A stretch of DNA of 64,000 bases. Origin: an uncultured Bacillales bacterium (GTDB taxonomy: Bacteria > Bacillota_I > Bacilli_A > RFN20 > CAG-288). Below the pieces are notes generated by a model. That model did no database searches. It saw only the letters and a program-made list of their open reading frames with translations, and had not been told where the DNA came from. Where the stretch lies: the NCBI GenBank assembly GCA_949287425.1, contig CASEGJ010000003.1:8993-72992 (forward strand). The letters are read 5' to 3'. Positions 20,979 through 30,682 of the stretch are shown here, piece after piece. How positions within the stretch are numbered: position 1 is the stretch's first letter; every line of letters starts with the position of its first letter. Position numbers and translations under genes: made by a program.

Positions 20979-21440
20979 ATGAGCGCAAATAATCAAAACA
21001 AACCACTTGTAAAAAAATCTAAAGATTCCAAATGGAACTTTGTAACTATTTTAGCTTGTATTAGCGGCGGTATCGGTTTACTTTCTATTTTATTTATTCT
21101 TTGTCCTGGAATAACTTATCCATATACTGGATATTATAATTCCGGTTTTAATTTAGCTAGCATGATTTTTGGTAACGGCATGTGGGCTAGTTTAAATCCT
21201 GGTTTACTAATAGGCTTTATCATTATGATTATCTCTTCATTAGTTTGTTTCTTGGCCTTTGTAAAACAACAATTCGGTTTAATTTCTTGCCTTGGATTTA
21301 TAACTTCTGCTATCTTGTTTTTCTGCATTATTCCTTTATATGGAAACTATTCTGCTGGAATCGGCTCTGGTGCAATTTGTATAGCGACATTTAATTTACT
21401 ATGCGCTATATTATCGTTTATCTTTGCAACATATAGATAA
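20979..21440 (+). CDS. Four-TM membrane protein, paralog B
   Basis: Four hydrophobic segments; AGGAG RBS; shares 'PGI.(F/Y).Y', 'L..GL', 'IPL', 'AILSFI' with paralog A. Confidence 0.75.
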   Translation: MSANNQNKPLVKKSKDSKWNFVTILACISGGIGLLSILFILCPGITYPYTGYYNSGFNLASMIFGNGMWASLNPGLLIGFIIMIISSLVCFLAFVKQQFGLISCLGFITSAILFFCIIPLYGNYSAGIGSGAICIATFNLLCAILSFIFATYR

Positions 21441-21531
21441 TATAAATAAATACAATCTAAACAAATAAAAAGCTGTTAATTGCTGATATTCAAAGCATAT
21501 CAAATTAACAGTTTTTATTTTTAATCAAACA

Positions 21532-22018
21532 CTAAGCAAAGTAAGAAACTTCTCCTTCCAAGATATTTACTTGGCAACTATGTACTTTCATAAAATTGTC
21601 CATACTTGAAAAACTAACCATAAAACTTACCTGTAGCCCTTCTTTAAGATTACCGACATATTTGTCAAATCTTTCAACTAATTTGCTATTTTTATATAAA
21701 AATATAATTCTTAGTTTTAAGCCATCAATATCTACTTGTGGAACTATATTAAATTTATATCCCATATTAAAAAAATCAAACTCTGTATTTAAATTTAATT
21801 GAATATCATCTATTTTAACTGACCTTTTAAATGGAGTGTTGATGTTATTCTCACTAGATTTATTTAATTCTTTAAAAGCAGCAAACCCAATTAAAGTAAG
21901 CACTAAAATTATAATAACTGAAATACTAAATACTAAAAATACACGGGATTTTTTATCCGATGTATCTTCTTTATTTTCGCCTGTTTCTTTATTTTCTTTT
22001 TTTATCTAATTCTTCCAT
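21532..22018 (-). pseudogene. Single-TM hypothetical protein interrupted by a 1-nt frameshift in an A7 run
   Basis: ATG at 22018 reads MEELDKK; removing one A from the run at 21997-22003 continues ENKETGENKEDTSDKKSRVFLVFSISVIIILVLTLIGF into ORF 21532..21903. Confidence 0.6.
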
Positions 22019-22112
22019 ACTTAAATGTTATATCCTATGTAAATTATTTATCACGATAAAAAAGATGGTAAAACAAAAATAGTTAAACCTGTCCATTTTT
22101 TGTAACTATTTT

Positions 22113-23561
22113 TTATATAGATTTAAAATTTATTTGATTGCTATTTTTCTTAATATATGAATACTCATAGCTATTTAGCATTTCATATTGAGAGAAAATA
22201 ATTAAATATGGGAAAAGATATACTGGGGCAAAAAACGTGTTGTCAATCATTCCGTGAACTAAACCAATTATAAAAAATGTTATCAAAGGTAAAATTTGTT
22301 CTTTTTTAGCAAAAGTTATACTTGAAAAAATGGTTTCATAACTAAAGAAAACAAACCACAAAATTCCAACCACACCTAAACAAGCTAATAAAGTTATAAA
22401 AGTATTATGTCCTAAAGCGAAGAATGGAGGTGTTACATTATCTAAACCAGTAACAACAAAATAATCACCTATTTGATAAAATGAAGACCAAGAAGAACCG
22501 ATAATAGGAGATCTATTAAATAAATCCATACATAGTTCCCACACACCTTCTCTTCCAGATAAATTAGTTAAACTATTTAATAAATTACTAACTATTTCTT
22601 TAATTTGAGGAATACAAACTATCATAAGTAAAACTAGAGTAAATATTCCTATTAAAATAAAAGACCCGTTTTTTATCGTCTGTTTTATCTGTCGAGGCTT
22701 ATAACAAACAATAAACACACTTAAAATTATAACTAATATTATTGTTAGTTCCGCTCCTCTTGATTTAGATAAAAAGATTGTTACTACACTTATTAAAGCC
22801 AAAATAATCGCGTCTATTCTTTTTTTGTTAGAATTCCATATTAACGCTAAAAACGGAATACCTACTTCTAAACCTAGAGCTGTTACATTTTTAGAATTTG
22901 ACCAACCTAAAACAAAAGGATTTTCGTTTAAAGATTGACTATTTATTTTTATATAATTAACGAGAATTTCAACTAGAATAAATAAATTCCAAAAATAAAG
23001 AACCTTGCTTACATAAGAAGTGTTATCTATATTAATTGTATTTATCATAACTAAATAAACAACTACAATAAAACAGATTCCTAACGCAATTAATAAGCCT
23101 AATTTGTTATATCCTTGCCTTATAGAATAATCGTATGTGAAATAATTAATTATTGAAGAAATTAGCCCTAGTATAGAAAACAAAATTAAAGAGGCGCCAA
23201 CAGCTCCAAGTCTAAATTTAATTAACTTTTGCTGTCCTATTTTTTTACCTAACATTACTATTAACCCTAACAGAATAAAACAAGCTTCAATAACTATAGT
23301 TATTGGAAATGCGTCAAAATTTAAACTAGGGAAAGAAGAATATGAGAGCATATCAAATAAAATCAATTGAACTAAAACTAATCCGTTAGAAGAAAAAACA
23401 GCACAAAAAATAGAAATTAAAGGGACAACCCAACAAAAATAAATTCTATTAGGAACTAGCCACAAAACAAAAAATATAATAGTTTGAATAAACAAACTTC
23501 CATATGACATAAGATACTTATCCAAGTTGATATTTAATATTTGTTTAAACTTATCTATCAT
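22113..23561 (-). CDS. O-antigen ligase/Wzy_C-like polytopic membrane protein
   Basis: About 12 TM segments; 'LSKSRGA', 'SGREGVW', 'HNTFITLLACLGVVG'. Confidence 0.8.
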   Translation of the reverse strand: MIDKFKQILNINLDKYLMSYGSLFIQTIIFFVLWLVPNRIYFCWVVPLISIFCAVFSSNGLVLVQLILFDMLSYSSFPSLNFDAFPITIVIEACFILLGLIVMLGKKIGQQKLIKFRLGAVGASLILFSILGLISSIINYFTYDYSIRQGYNKLGLLIALGICFIVVVYLVMINTINIDNTSYVSKVLYFWNLFILVEILVNYIKINSQSLNENPFVLGWSNSKNVTALGLEVGIPFLALIWNSNKKRIDAIILALISVVTIFLSKSRGAELTIILVIILSVFIVCYKPRQIKQTIKNGSFILIGIFTLVLLMIVCIPQIKEIVSNLLNSLTNLSGREGVWELCMDLFNRSPIIGSSWSSFYQIGDYFVVTGLDNVTPPFFALGHNTFITLLACLGVVGILWFVFFSYETIFSSITFAKKEQILPLITFFIIGLVHGMIDNTFFAPVYLFPYLIIFSQYEMLNSYEYSYIKKNSNQINFKSI

Positions 23562-23569
23562 ATATTTTC

Positions 23570-24283
23570 CTATTCAATTAAATATGCTAAAACTGAAAGC
23601 AAATAAAAACAAGCTGTTTCAGCACGAAGTATTCTTTTTCCTAAACTTACTAACTTAAAATTATAGGTTTTAAACATTTCTACTTCCTGTAAGCTAAAAC
23701 CACCTTCTGGGCCAAATAAAACAACGTAATCATTTTCATTTGAGTCGATGATTGTTATTTTATTTCCTAATATAGCTTCTTGTTCATAAGCGATATATTT
23801 ATTTTGACAATTTGGATATAACTTAGCTAAATTTTCTAACGAATTTAATTCGTGCAATTTAGGGACAAAATCTCTATTAGATTGTTCGCTAGCATTTAGC
23901 AAAATAGAATTGTACCTATCAATTTTTAAATTAAATTCCTCTTTAGTAACTCTTTTTATAACTCTTGAAGAAATATAAGGGTAAATTTCTTTTACACCTA
24001 ATTCTGTAGCTTTTTGTAACACCAGCTCAAAATTATCTCTTTTTAATAACGGACAAAATAAAATTATATTTTTAGTTAATTCTCTAGATAATGACGAATC
24101 TTTTTTTTCAATAATTCTAACTTCAAATGGTTTTAAATTTGAAACTTCACACAGATAGACATTTCCATCATCACAAACTTCTATTTGTTCCAAATAATTT
24201 AAACGCAAAACTTTAATATGATCTAAACTAGCTTTAGAAAACTTGACAATTTGATTATCTACTTTTCCAAAAAATCTTCTCAT
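23570..24283 (-). CDS. rsmE: 16S rRNA m3U1498 methyltransferase
   Basis: 'HIKVLRL', 'LQKATELGV', 'ASEQSNR', 'GPEGGFS', 'LGKRILRAETA'. Confidence 0.95.
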   Translation of the reverse strand: MRRFFGKVDNQIVKFSKASLDHIKVLRLNYLEQIEVCDDGNVYLCEVSNLKPFEVRIIEKKDSSLSRELTKNIILFCPLLKRDNFELVLQKATELGVKEIYPYISSRVIKRVTKEEFNLKIDRYNSILLNASEQSNRDFVPKLHELNSLENLAKLYPNCQNKYIAYEQEAILGNKITIIDSNENDYVVLFGPEGGFSLQEVEMFKTYNFKLVSLGKRILRAETACFYLLSVLAYLIE

Positions 24284-24528
24284 AACTTAAATTGTTAGAT
24301 ACGTATTAATTATATAATATATAGGACAATTTTTAAATTTTTATTCCGCTTTTTTAATTGTTTGTAGTTTAAATAATTAAATGCAAAATAAAATATCATT
24401 ATTTCATAATATGTGTTCTTAATTACTGAAAAGAAAATCATATTAATTATTTAATCGGTCTTATTTTTCACTTAAAAAAGCCTCAATAATTAATCAATTA
24501 TCAAGGCTTTATAAAATAAAATTAAATA

Positions 24529-26703
24529 TTAATCTGTTAAACTAGAAAATAAATTAATCACTAATCCATTAAGTGAATTGTATTCTTCTTGAGTTAAAAT
24601 TTTTCCTCCTAAAACTGCTTGTGTTATAGCTCCTTCTCCTTTATTGTTGTATTCGCTAAAATCAGCGTTTTGAGGTAAATTAGATGACATATCATCAAAT
24701 CTAGGATTCTTATTATCTACATTATCGTTATAGGCTTTTTTAGAAATAGAAGCATCCATATTACAATTAGCATATGTTATTTTCGATAAATTACCCCAAG
24801 GTCTAGCTAAAGAAACGGTTCCTGGAGTTACACCTTGTTCACCTACAATATTACAAGATTCAAAGAAGAAACCAACTTGAGGTTTAACTGATGGCTTACT
24901 TGTGCAAATATATCCTCCATTTGTCGAACTATTTCTATTTAAACAAGTAATATCACAGCTATTTAAATAAACATTAGAATCCTCACCAAAGATAAAATCT
25001 GTCATGCCTTGTATCTTGCATTGATAATACATTTGATTTCCTAATCTAGCGTATAAAGTATCTTGGAAACCGATAAAATTACAATTGTTAAATATTGCGT
25101 CATCATCAACAACAATAGCACAAGCTTGTTTATCTGAATTGGAATCAGAATTATATTCTTCCATTGATTTATATTTTGAATTTTCAAAAGTTATACCTGA
25201 AGCAGAGAAATTAGTTGCACCTTCAACAACTGTTACACTTGATGAACCATAAGTGGATACATTGTTATTATTTGCGTCTTTATCATAAGAGGCTAAATCG
25301 TAATTGATATTTACATTATTTGGATTATCAATATTACCGACTAAACTCACATTAGGAATTTCGATGTAGAGTTTTTCTTTATATGTTCCATCTGCAATTT
25401 CAATTACTTTTTTTGTTGAATCATCTAAATTACACGCTTTCAAGAAATCATGAGCATCTTGAATCTTGTTGAAGTTAATAATTTTATCTTTGTCAATAAA
25501 ACCATTTTGGCTAGAAGATGAAACTCTAACTTTATATTCTCCTTGACTATTTGGAGTTAATTTTGCTGGATCAATAACAGTTAATTTTATACTGCTAGTT
25601 TGACTTATCATACCTATCTTACCAGTTATAACAAGCTGTTTAGCCCCAGCTGAAGAAGTTTTTACTTCTGAAAAAGTCGGATTATCTAATTTCTTTTCAA
25701 AATCTCCATCTTTAGCTTTTACTATAATATTTGATGTATCAATTTGACTATTTAATATATATACTTTTGGAAAACGCAAAGCTTTTTTATTTGAAATAGT
25801 AAAATCAGAATAAACAGCTAATTCGCTAAATTGATGAATTGTTACTTCATATTGCTGAACTGAATAATCTTTATATTTAATAATTACAGGATAAGTTCCA
25901 GGTTCTGATTTAACATTAGATAAATCAATTTGATAATCTTTGCTATCGATATTTAACTTAGCACCATTATCATAATTAGCTTCAACAATTAATCCAGCTG
26001 TCGAAACTTCTTCTCCGACAAAATAATCTTTTTCAACAGTTTCAGTTTGAATAGAAAATCCAATTTCTTTTCCTAAATTGACATCTTCTTGTAAACCAGC
26101 ATAACAAATATGAATGTTATCTGAACCAGTATATTTATATACGCCAGGTTCAAGATTTAAATCATATTCAAAAATACTGCTAGAACCTTGTGGATTTGCT
26201 CTTGAATCAATAACAGCATTATTTTCATCAGTTAATATAAAATCACGAGAATTACTATTAGAAGGTTGAACAGCTAAATGCAATTTTGCGTTTTTTCCAG
26301 TAACAGTAATTTGTAAATATTGATTATTACTTTGTTTAAACGATTTAATTCTTCCTCCAGTATCTATTGTTTCTCCTTTTAAATTGGTTGCTTTTCTACT
26401 TCCAGATTCAAAAGTTAAACTTCCTTTACCTGCTAAAATTTTAAAAGTTGAATTTAATTCTTGATCTTGTGTTAAATCTAAATTTGCAACATCTTTAGCG
26501 ATTAATTCAGTTGTTTTTGTAACTAAATTTTCATCGATTGATGAACTTGATTCTGAAGATGATGAGTTCGACGATGTTATAGAGGTTGGACTTGAAGAAG
26601 TTGAAGAAATTGAACTAGATGAAATATTGCTAGTTTCACTATTACAAGCGACCAAACTAGCTAATAACAATGTTAGCGAAAATATTTTAAGACCTTTTTT
26701 CAT
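24529..26703 (-). CDS. Lipoprotein pectin methylesterase (CE8) with Ser-rich linker and Ig-like domains
   Basis: Lipobox 'LVAC'; Big-like 'DYFVGEEVSTAGLIVEANYDNG'; CE8 motifs 'GTYKEK', 'QACA', 'GFQDTLY', 'GMTDFIFG', 'LARPW'. Confidence 0.9.
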   Translation of the reverse strand: MKKGLKIFSLTLLLASLVACNSETSNISSSSISSTSSSPTSITSSNSSSSESSSSIDENLVTKTTELIAKDVANLDLTQDQELNSTFKILAGKGSLTFESGSRKATNLKGETIDTGGRIKSFKQSNNQYLQITVTGKNAKLHLAVQPSNSNSRDFILTDENNAVIDSRANPQGSSSIFEYDLNLEPGVYKYTGSDNIHICYAGLQEDVNLGKEIGFSIQTETVEKDYFVGEEVSTAGLIVEANYDNGAKLNIDSKDYQIDLSNVKSEPGTYPVIIKYKDYSVQQYEVTIHQFSELAVYSDFTISNKKALRFPKVYILNSQIDTSNIIVKAKDGDFEKKLDNPTFSEVKTSSAGAKQLVITGKIGMISQTSSIKLTVIDPAKLTPNSQGEYKVRVSSSSQNGFIDKDKIINFNKIQDAHDFLKACNLDDSTKKVIEIADGTYKEKLYIEIPNVSLVGNIDNPNNVNINYDLASYDKDANNNNVSTYGSSSVTVVEGATNFSASGITFENSKYKSMEEYNSDSNSDKQACAIVVDDDAIFNNCNFIGFQDTLYARLGNQMYYQCKIQGMTDFIFGEDSNVYLNSCDITCLNRNSSTNGGYICTSKPSVKPQVGFFFESCNIVGEQGVTPGTVSLARPWGNLSKITYANCNMDASISKKAYNDNVDNKNPRFDDMSSNLPQNADFSEYNNKGEGAITQAVLGGKILTQEEYNSLNGLVINLFSSLTD

Positions 26704-26799
26704 AATTTATCCTTTCATAAATAAAAGCTCATTAATAGGATATTATAAAAAGTAAGCCCTTTCTATACTTAGACTGCCTATTTGTGCTATAAACACATC

Positions 26800-27429
26800 T
26801 TAATTATTAGAATAAACTAAATAATAAGTAACTCTATCAAATGTCTTATCATCCTTACAGTTAAATATCAATCTATCGTCTTGTTCAAAAATATAATTAG
26901 GTCCTGGTGAATTGATAATATTTCCATCTTTTTTATTAATTGCAACAATAGTAGCTTCTGTATAATTATAAAAATTGGTTTCTTGAATTGATTTACCGAT
27001 TATCCATGAATTTGTAGGAATATTAATTTCCGCCAAATTCAGTTTTTCTTTTGATTGATAACGAATAGATTCATAAAAATCTTTTAACTTATTTTCTATT
27101 TCTAAATCTATTTGAGCTTTTTTCTTAAACAAATCTTCTATTTGGTTATATTTTAAACTAGCTATCGTTTCTTTTTGATTGCTAATTTCAAATTCTCTTG
27201 CGTGTAATATCGATCTAACTATAATTCCTACTCCTCGTTTAAGTTCAACGATTTTATGTTTTTCCAATATATTAATTGCTTTTCTAACTGTTTCGGGAGA
27301 AACATTATAAAAAGAAGCGAGAACTGTTCTTCCTTTTAATACAGTTCCTTCTTTATAAATGTTATTAGCTATCTTGCTTGCGATATCTGTCGCTATTTTA
27401 ATATAACGTGGGGTTGAATTTTCTTCCAT
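26800..27429 (-). CDS. GntR-wHTH plus RCK_C (TrkA_C) regulator, BusR-like
   Basis: 'YIKIATDIA...LASFYNVSPETVRKAI' followed by 'GKSI...TEATIVAI...SPGP'. Confidence 0.8.
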   Translation of the reverse strand: MEENSTPRYIKIATDIASKIANNIYKEGTVLKGRTVLASFYNVSPETVRKAINILEKHKIVELKRGVGIIVRSILHAREFEISNQKETIASLKYNQIEDLFKKKAQIDLEIENKLKDFYESIRYQSKEKLNLAEINIPTNSWIIGKSIQETNFYNYTEATIVAINKKDGNIINSPGPNYIFEQDDRLIFNCKDDKTFDRVTYYLVYSNN

Positions 27430-27553
27430 AATTTCTATATGTTTAGTTTATCATAAAAATATATGTTTTTTTTAAATATATATTTGTATAATTTAGAATT
27501 TTCTTGAATTAACAAATATTTACTGATATTCTATATATAGAAAGGAAACAAAA

Positions 27554-27928
27554 ATGATTACTTGGTTTTCTAAAACAGATATAAAGGCTATTGCCACTAT
27601 TTCTACAACAAATATAACTGTTAATAAAGTTGGTTCAAAATATCTTGAACAAGCTTATTTTGTTCAATTAGGTTTAGATAAACAAAACAAGCAAATTATT
27701 ATTCATCCATTAACTAAACAAGAAGCAGACTTAAATTTAATCGAACAAGATAGTTTATTTAAACTATCTATTCATTCTTCTTATGCAAGAATTTCATCTA
27801 CTGCTTTTATAAATTTTATTTCAGAAACTTTTTCGATAAAATATAATAAAAACGGGACTAAATATATCTGCAACTACGATTTAAACAATAAAAATTTAGT
27901 TATAGATCTTTCAAAGGAGGTCAAATAA
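27554..27928 (+). CDS. Hypothetical protein, first gene of the NfeD/SPFH operon
   Basis: 124-aa ORF with GAAAGGA RBS, 1 nt from the next gene. Confidence 0.7.
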   Translation: MITWFSKTDIKAIATISTTNITVNKVGSKYLEQAYFVQLGLDKQNKQIIIHPLTKQEADLNLIEQDSLFKLSIHSSYARISSTAFINFISETFSIKYNKNGTKYICNYDLNNKNLVIDLSKEVK

Positions 27929-27929
27929 A

Positions 27930-28394
27930 ATGATTGAAGAATACATGGTATATATATGGTTAGGTATCTTTGTTATATCTTTAATTGTCGAAGCTTGCAC
28001 TTTTGAACTAGTATCTATTTGGTTTTGTTTAGGTAGTTTAGTTGCTTTGATTTGTTCATTTATTCCTAATCTTGCTTTCTACTATGAAATAATTATTTTC
28101 TTTGCTATCTCAATAATTACTTTACTTTCATTTAGACCTTTAGCAAATAAAGCTCTAAAACGAAAAATAACGAAATCTAATATTGATGAAATTATCGGTC
28201 AAAAAGGAATAGTCACTAAAAAAATTGACGATTTAAATGGTGGAGAGGTCAAAATTAGAGATGTCATATGGACTGCTTTACCATATAAAAATGATATAAT
28301 TATTTTAGAAGGTGAAAAAATAGAGGTCATTTCATTAAAAGGTAACAAACTTTATGTTAAGCCTATTGATCAAACTTCAAGAAAGGAAAATTAA
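27930..28394 (+). CDS. NfeD-family membrane protein
   Basis: Three TM segments then an OB-fold 'IIGQKGIVT...GEVKIRDVIWTA...GEKIEVI..KGNKLYV'. Confidence 0.9.
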   Translation: MIEEYMVYIWLGIFVISLIVEACTFELVSIWFCLGSLVALICSFIPNLAFYYEIIIFFAISIITLLSFRPLANKALKRKITKSNIDEIIGQKGIVTKKIDDLNGGEVKIRDVIWTALPYKNDIIILEGEKIEVISLKGNKLYVKPIDQTSRKEN

Positions 28395-28396
28395 TT

Positions 28397-29347
28397 ATGG
28401 GAGGAGTTATTGCTGCTGTCGTTTCAATTTCGGTTATCGCTTTACTTATCATTATCATTTTAATTTCTTCATTAAGAATAGTTAAACAAACCAAAAAATA
28501 CGTTATTGAAAGATTTGGTGCTTATATTAAAACTTGGTCAGTTGGAATCCACTTTTTGATTCCTTTTGTCGATAGAGTAGCTAAGGTTGTTTCAATGAAA
28601 GAACAAATTCAAGATTTCCCACCTCAACCTGTTATTACTAAAGATAATGTCACTATTCAAATTGATACTATTGTATTTTTCTCAGTAACCGATCCTAAAT
28701 TATATACTTATGGTGTTGAAAATCCAATTAACGCTATTGAATCTTTAACAGCTACTACCTTGAGAAATATAATCGGTGAACTTGAACTTGATCAAACTTT
28801 AACTTCTAGAGATATCATTAATTCTAAAATGAGAGCTATTCTTGATGAAGCTACTGATCCTTGGGGAATTAAAGTTGTTCGTGTTGAAGTTAAAAATATC
28901 ATCCCTCCAAAAGATATCCGCGATGCTATGGAAAGACAAATGAGAGCTGAGCGTGATAGAAGAGAAAAGATATTGCTTGCGGAAGGTACTAAACAATCGG
29001 ATATTTTAACTGCTGAAGGTAAAAAACAAGCTGCCATTTTACAAGCGGAAGCTGAAAAAGAAGCCGCCATCAAAAAAGCTGAAGGTCAAGCTGAATCAAT
29101 TAAAAAAGTTAAACAAGCTGAAGCTGAAGGTTTACTTATGCTAAAACAAGCTGAAGCTAAATCTATAGAACTATTAAATCAAGCTAACCCATCTAAAGAA
29201 GTACTTACTATTCGTTCATTAGAAGCTCTAGCTAAAATAGGTGATGGCAATTCAACAAAATTAATTATCCCTGCTGACATGCAAAATATCGCTAGTTTAA
29301 CTGCTAGTTTAACTGATATAGTTTCTTCAGTAAAAAAAGACAAATAA
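28397..29347 (+). CDS. SPFH/band-7 (stomatin/QmcA-like) protein
   Basis: 'VIERFG', 'PPQPVITKDNV', 'TTLRNIIG', 'DPWGIKV', 'AMERQMRAER'. Confidence 0.93.
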   Translation: MGGVIAAVVSISVIALLIIIILISSLRIVKQTKKYVIERFGAYIKTWSVGIHFLIPFVDRVAKVVSMKEQIQDFPPQPVITKDNVTIQIDTIVFFSVTDPKLYTYGVENPINAIESLTATTLRNIIGELELDQTLTSRDIINSKMRAILDEATDPWGIKVVRVEVKNIIPPKDIRDAMERQMRAERDRREKILLAEGTKQSDILTAEGKKQAAILQAEAEKEAAIKKAEGQAESIKKVKQAEAEGLLMLKQAEAKSIELLNQANPSKEVLTIRSLEALAKIGDGNSTKLIIPADMQNIASLTASLTDIVSSVKKDK

Positions 29348-29514
29348 TTTAAATGGTTTACTTTTAGAAGTAGACCGTTTTTAATACTTGTTGTTATTTT
29401 TTAGTTTTTTTAGGCTGGATATCAACTTTTTTTACTTTTTATTGTTATATATTTCATATATAATATTTAATGCTTAAGTATTTTTACTTAATGAATAAAG
29501 GAAGTTAATATAAT

Positions 29515-30609
29515 ATGAATACAATTAAATTTTTCTTCAAATCTTTAAAAGAAAATATTTGCATTTTGTTAGAAGAACAAAAATGGTGGTTCGCTGTCAT
29601 TATTTTAATTGTCTCTTTAACAATTTCAGTTTCTACTACTCTTTCAACTGGTTATGGTCAAAATGTAAGTGGAGTTATTAACACTTCTTCTGATGCTGCT
29701 GTCGATAGAAGTTTAACTTTATTTGCTGAGTCTTTTAAAGATAATTCTATGGATATTGTCGATCACAAATTAGTTGTTAGCGGTGCTGACTTTACTAAAA
29801 ATCAAGGCGTTTTAAATTCTGAATCTGCCGCTAATAATGTTATTGAACCTAATATCGATATTAAATATACAGTTAACGGTACTGAAAAATCTATTTTATA
29901 CATTTATATTTTCCCTGATTTTAACGCTTATGAAAGCGAAGAAAACACCAATACTTTGACTGCTTTTATGAATAAATCCATATATAAAATGGTCGATCAA
30001 AATGGCACTCAAACTCCTAGCTGGACTCCTACTTCATTTTTAATTTTCACTCAAGGCTCTGTTCATATGGCTAGCTTTAACGCTGTTACTCAATTAAATG
30101 ATGATGGTTCCACTAATGCTAGCGCTTCTGCTTTAGCTACTGCTTCTGGTATTTTTAATGGTATTGATAATACATCTATCGATAGTTTATTTGTCGATGA
30201 TAACGACAATATATTAAACACACCAACTATATTGTCAAATTTTACTGATTTTTTAAACAAATGTTACGATTCTATTAAGATTCCTACTGTTTGGGCTACT
30301 ACAGGAATTTACTTTGCAATTAACTTTGCTATCATCTTCCTCGCTGGTGCAATTTTCTGGATGTTAACTAGAAAGAAAGAATTGGCAGATGGATTAAAGT
30401 TCAACTTCTGGCAATCTTGCAAAGTTAGTATCTTTGAATCTACCACCCCTTCTATTATCGCGTGTTTATGCGGTTTATTTATGGGACAATACAGTTCATT
30501 TATCTTGCTAATTATTATGGCTTTTAGAATTTCATCTTCAATTAGTAAACTTACTAAACCTAGCGTTAATAACAACTCAGATACTCCTGTATATAAAGCT
30601 AGATCGTAA
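29515..30609 (+). CDS. Hypothetical membrane protein with a large extracytoplasmic loop
   Basis: N-terminal TM, ~210-aa loop, three C-terminal TM segments. Confidence 0.7.
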   Translation: MNTIKFFFKSLKENICILLEEQKWWFAVIILIVSLTISVSTTLSTGYGQNVSGVINTSSDAAVDRSLTLFAESFKDNSMDIVDHKLVVSGADFTKNQGVLNSESAANNVIEPNIDIKYTVNGTEKSILYIYIFPDFNAYESEENTNTLTAFMNKSIYKMVDQNGTQTPSWTPTSFLIFTQGSVHMASFNAVTQLNDDGSTNASASALATASGIFNGIDNTSIDSLFVDDNDNILNTPTILSNFTDFLNKCYDSIKIPTVWATTGIYFAINFAIIFLAGAIFWMLTRKKELADGLKFNFWQSCKVSIFESTTPSIIACLCGLFMGQYSSFILLIIMAFRISSSISKLTKPSVNNNSDTPVYKARS

Positions 30610-30682
30610 ATTTAATCCGCTATTAATGCGGATTTTTTAAGTTTATTTTAATATTAATATTTATAATCAATTCTTGTAAATT

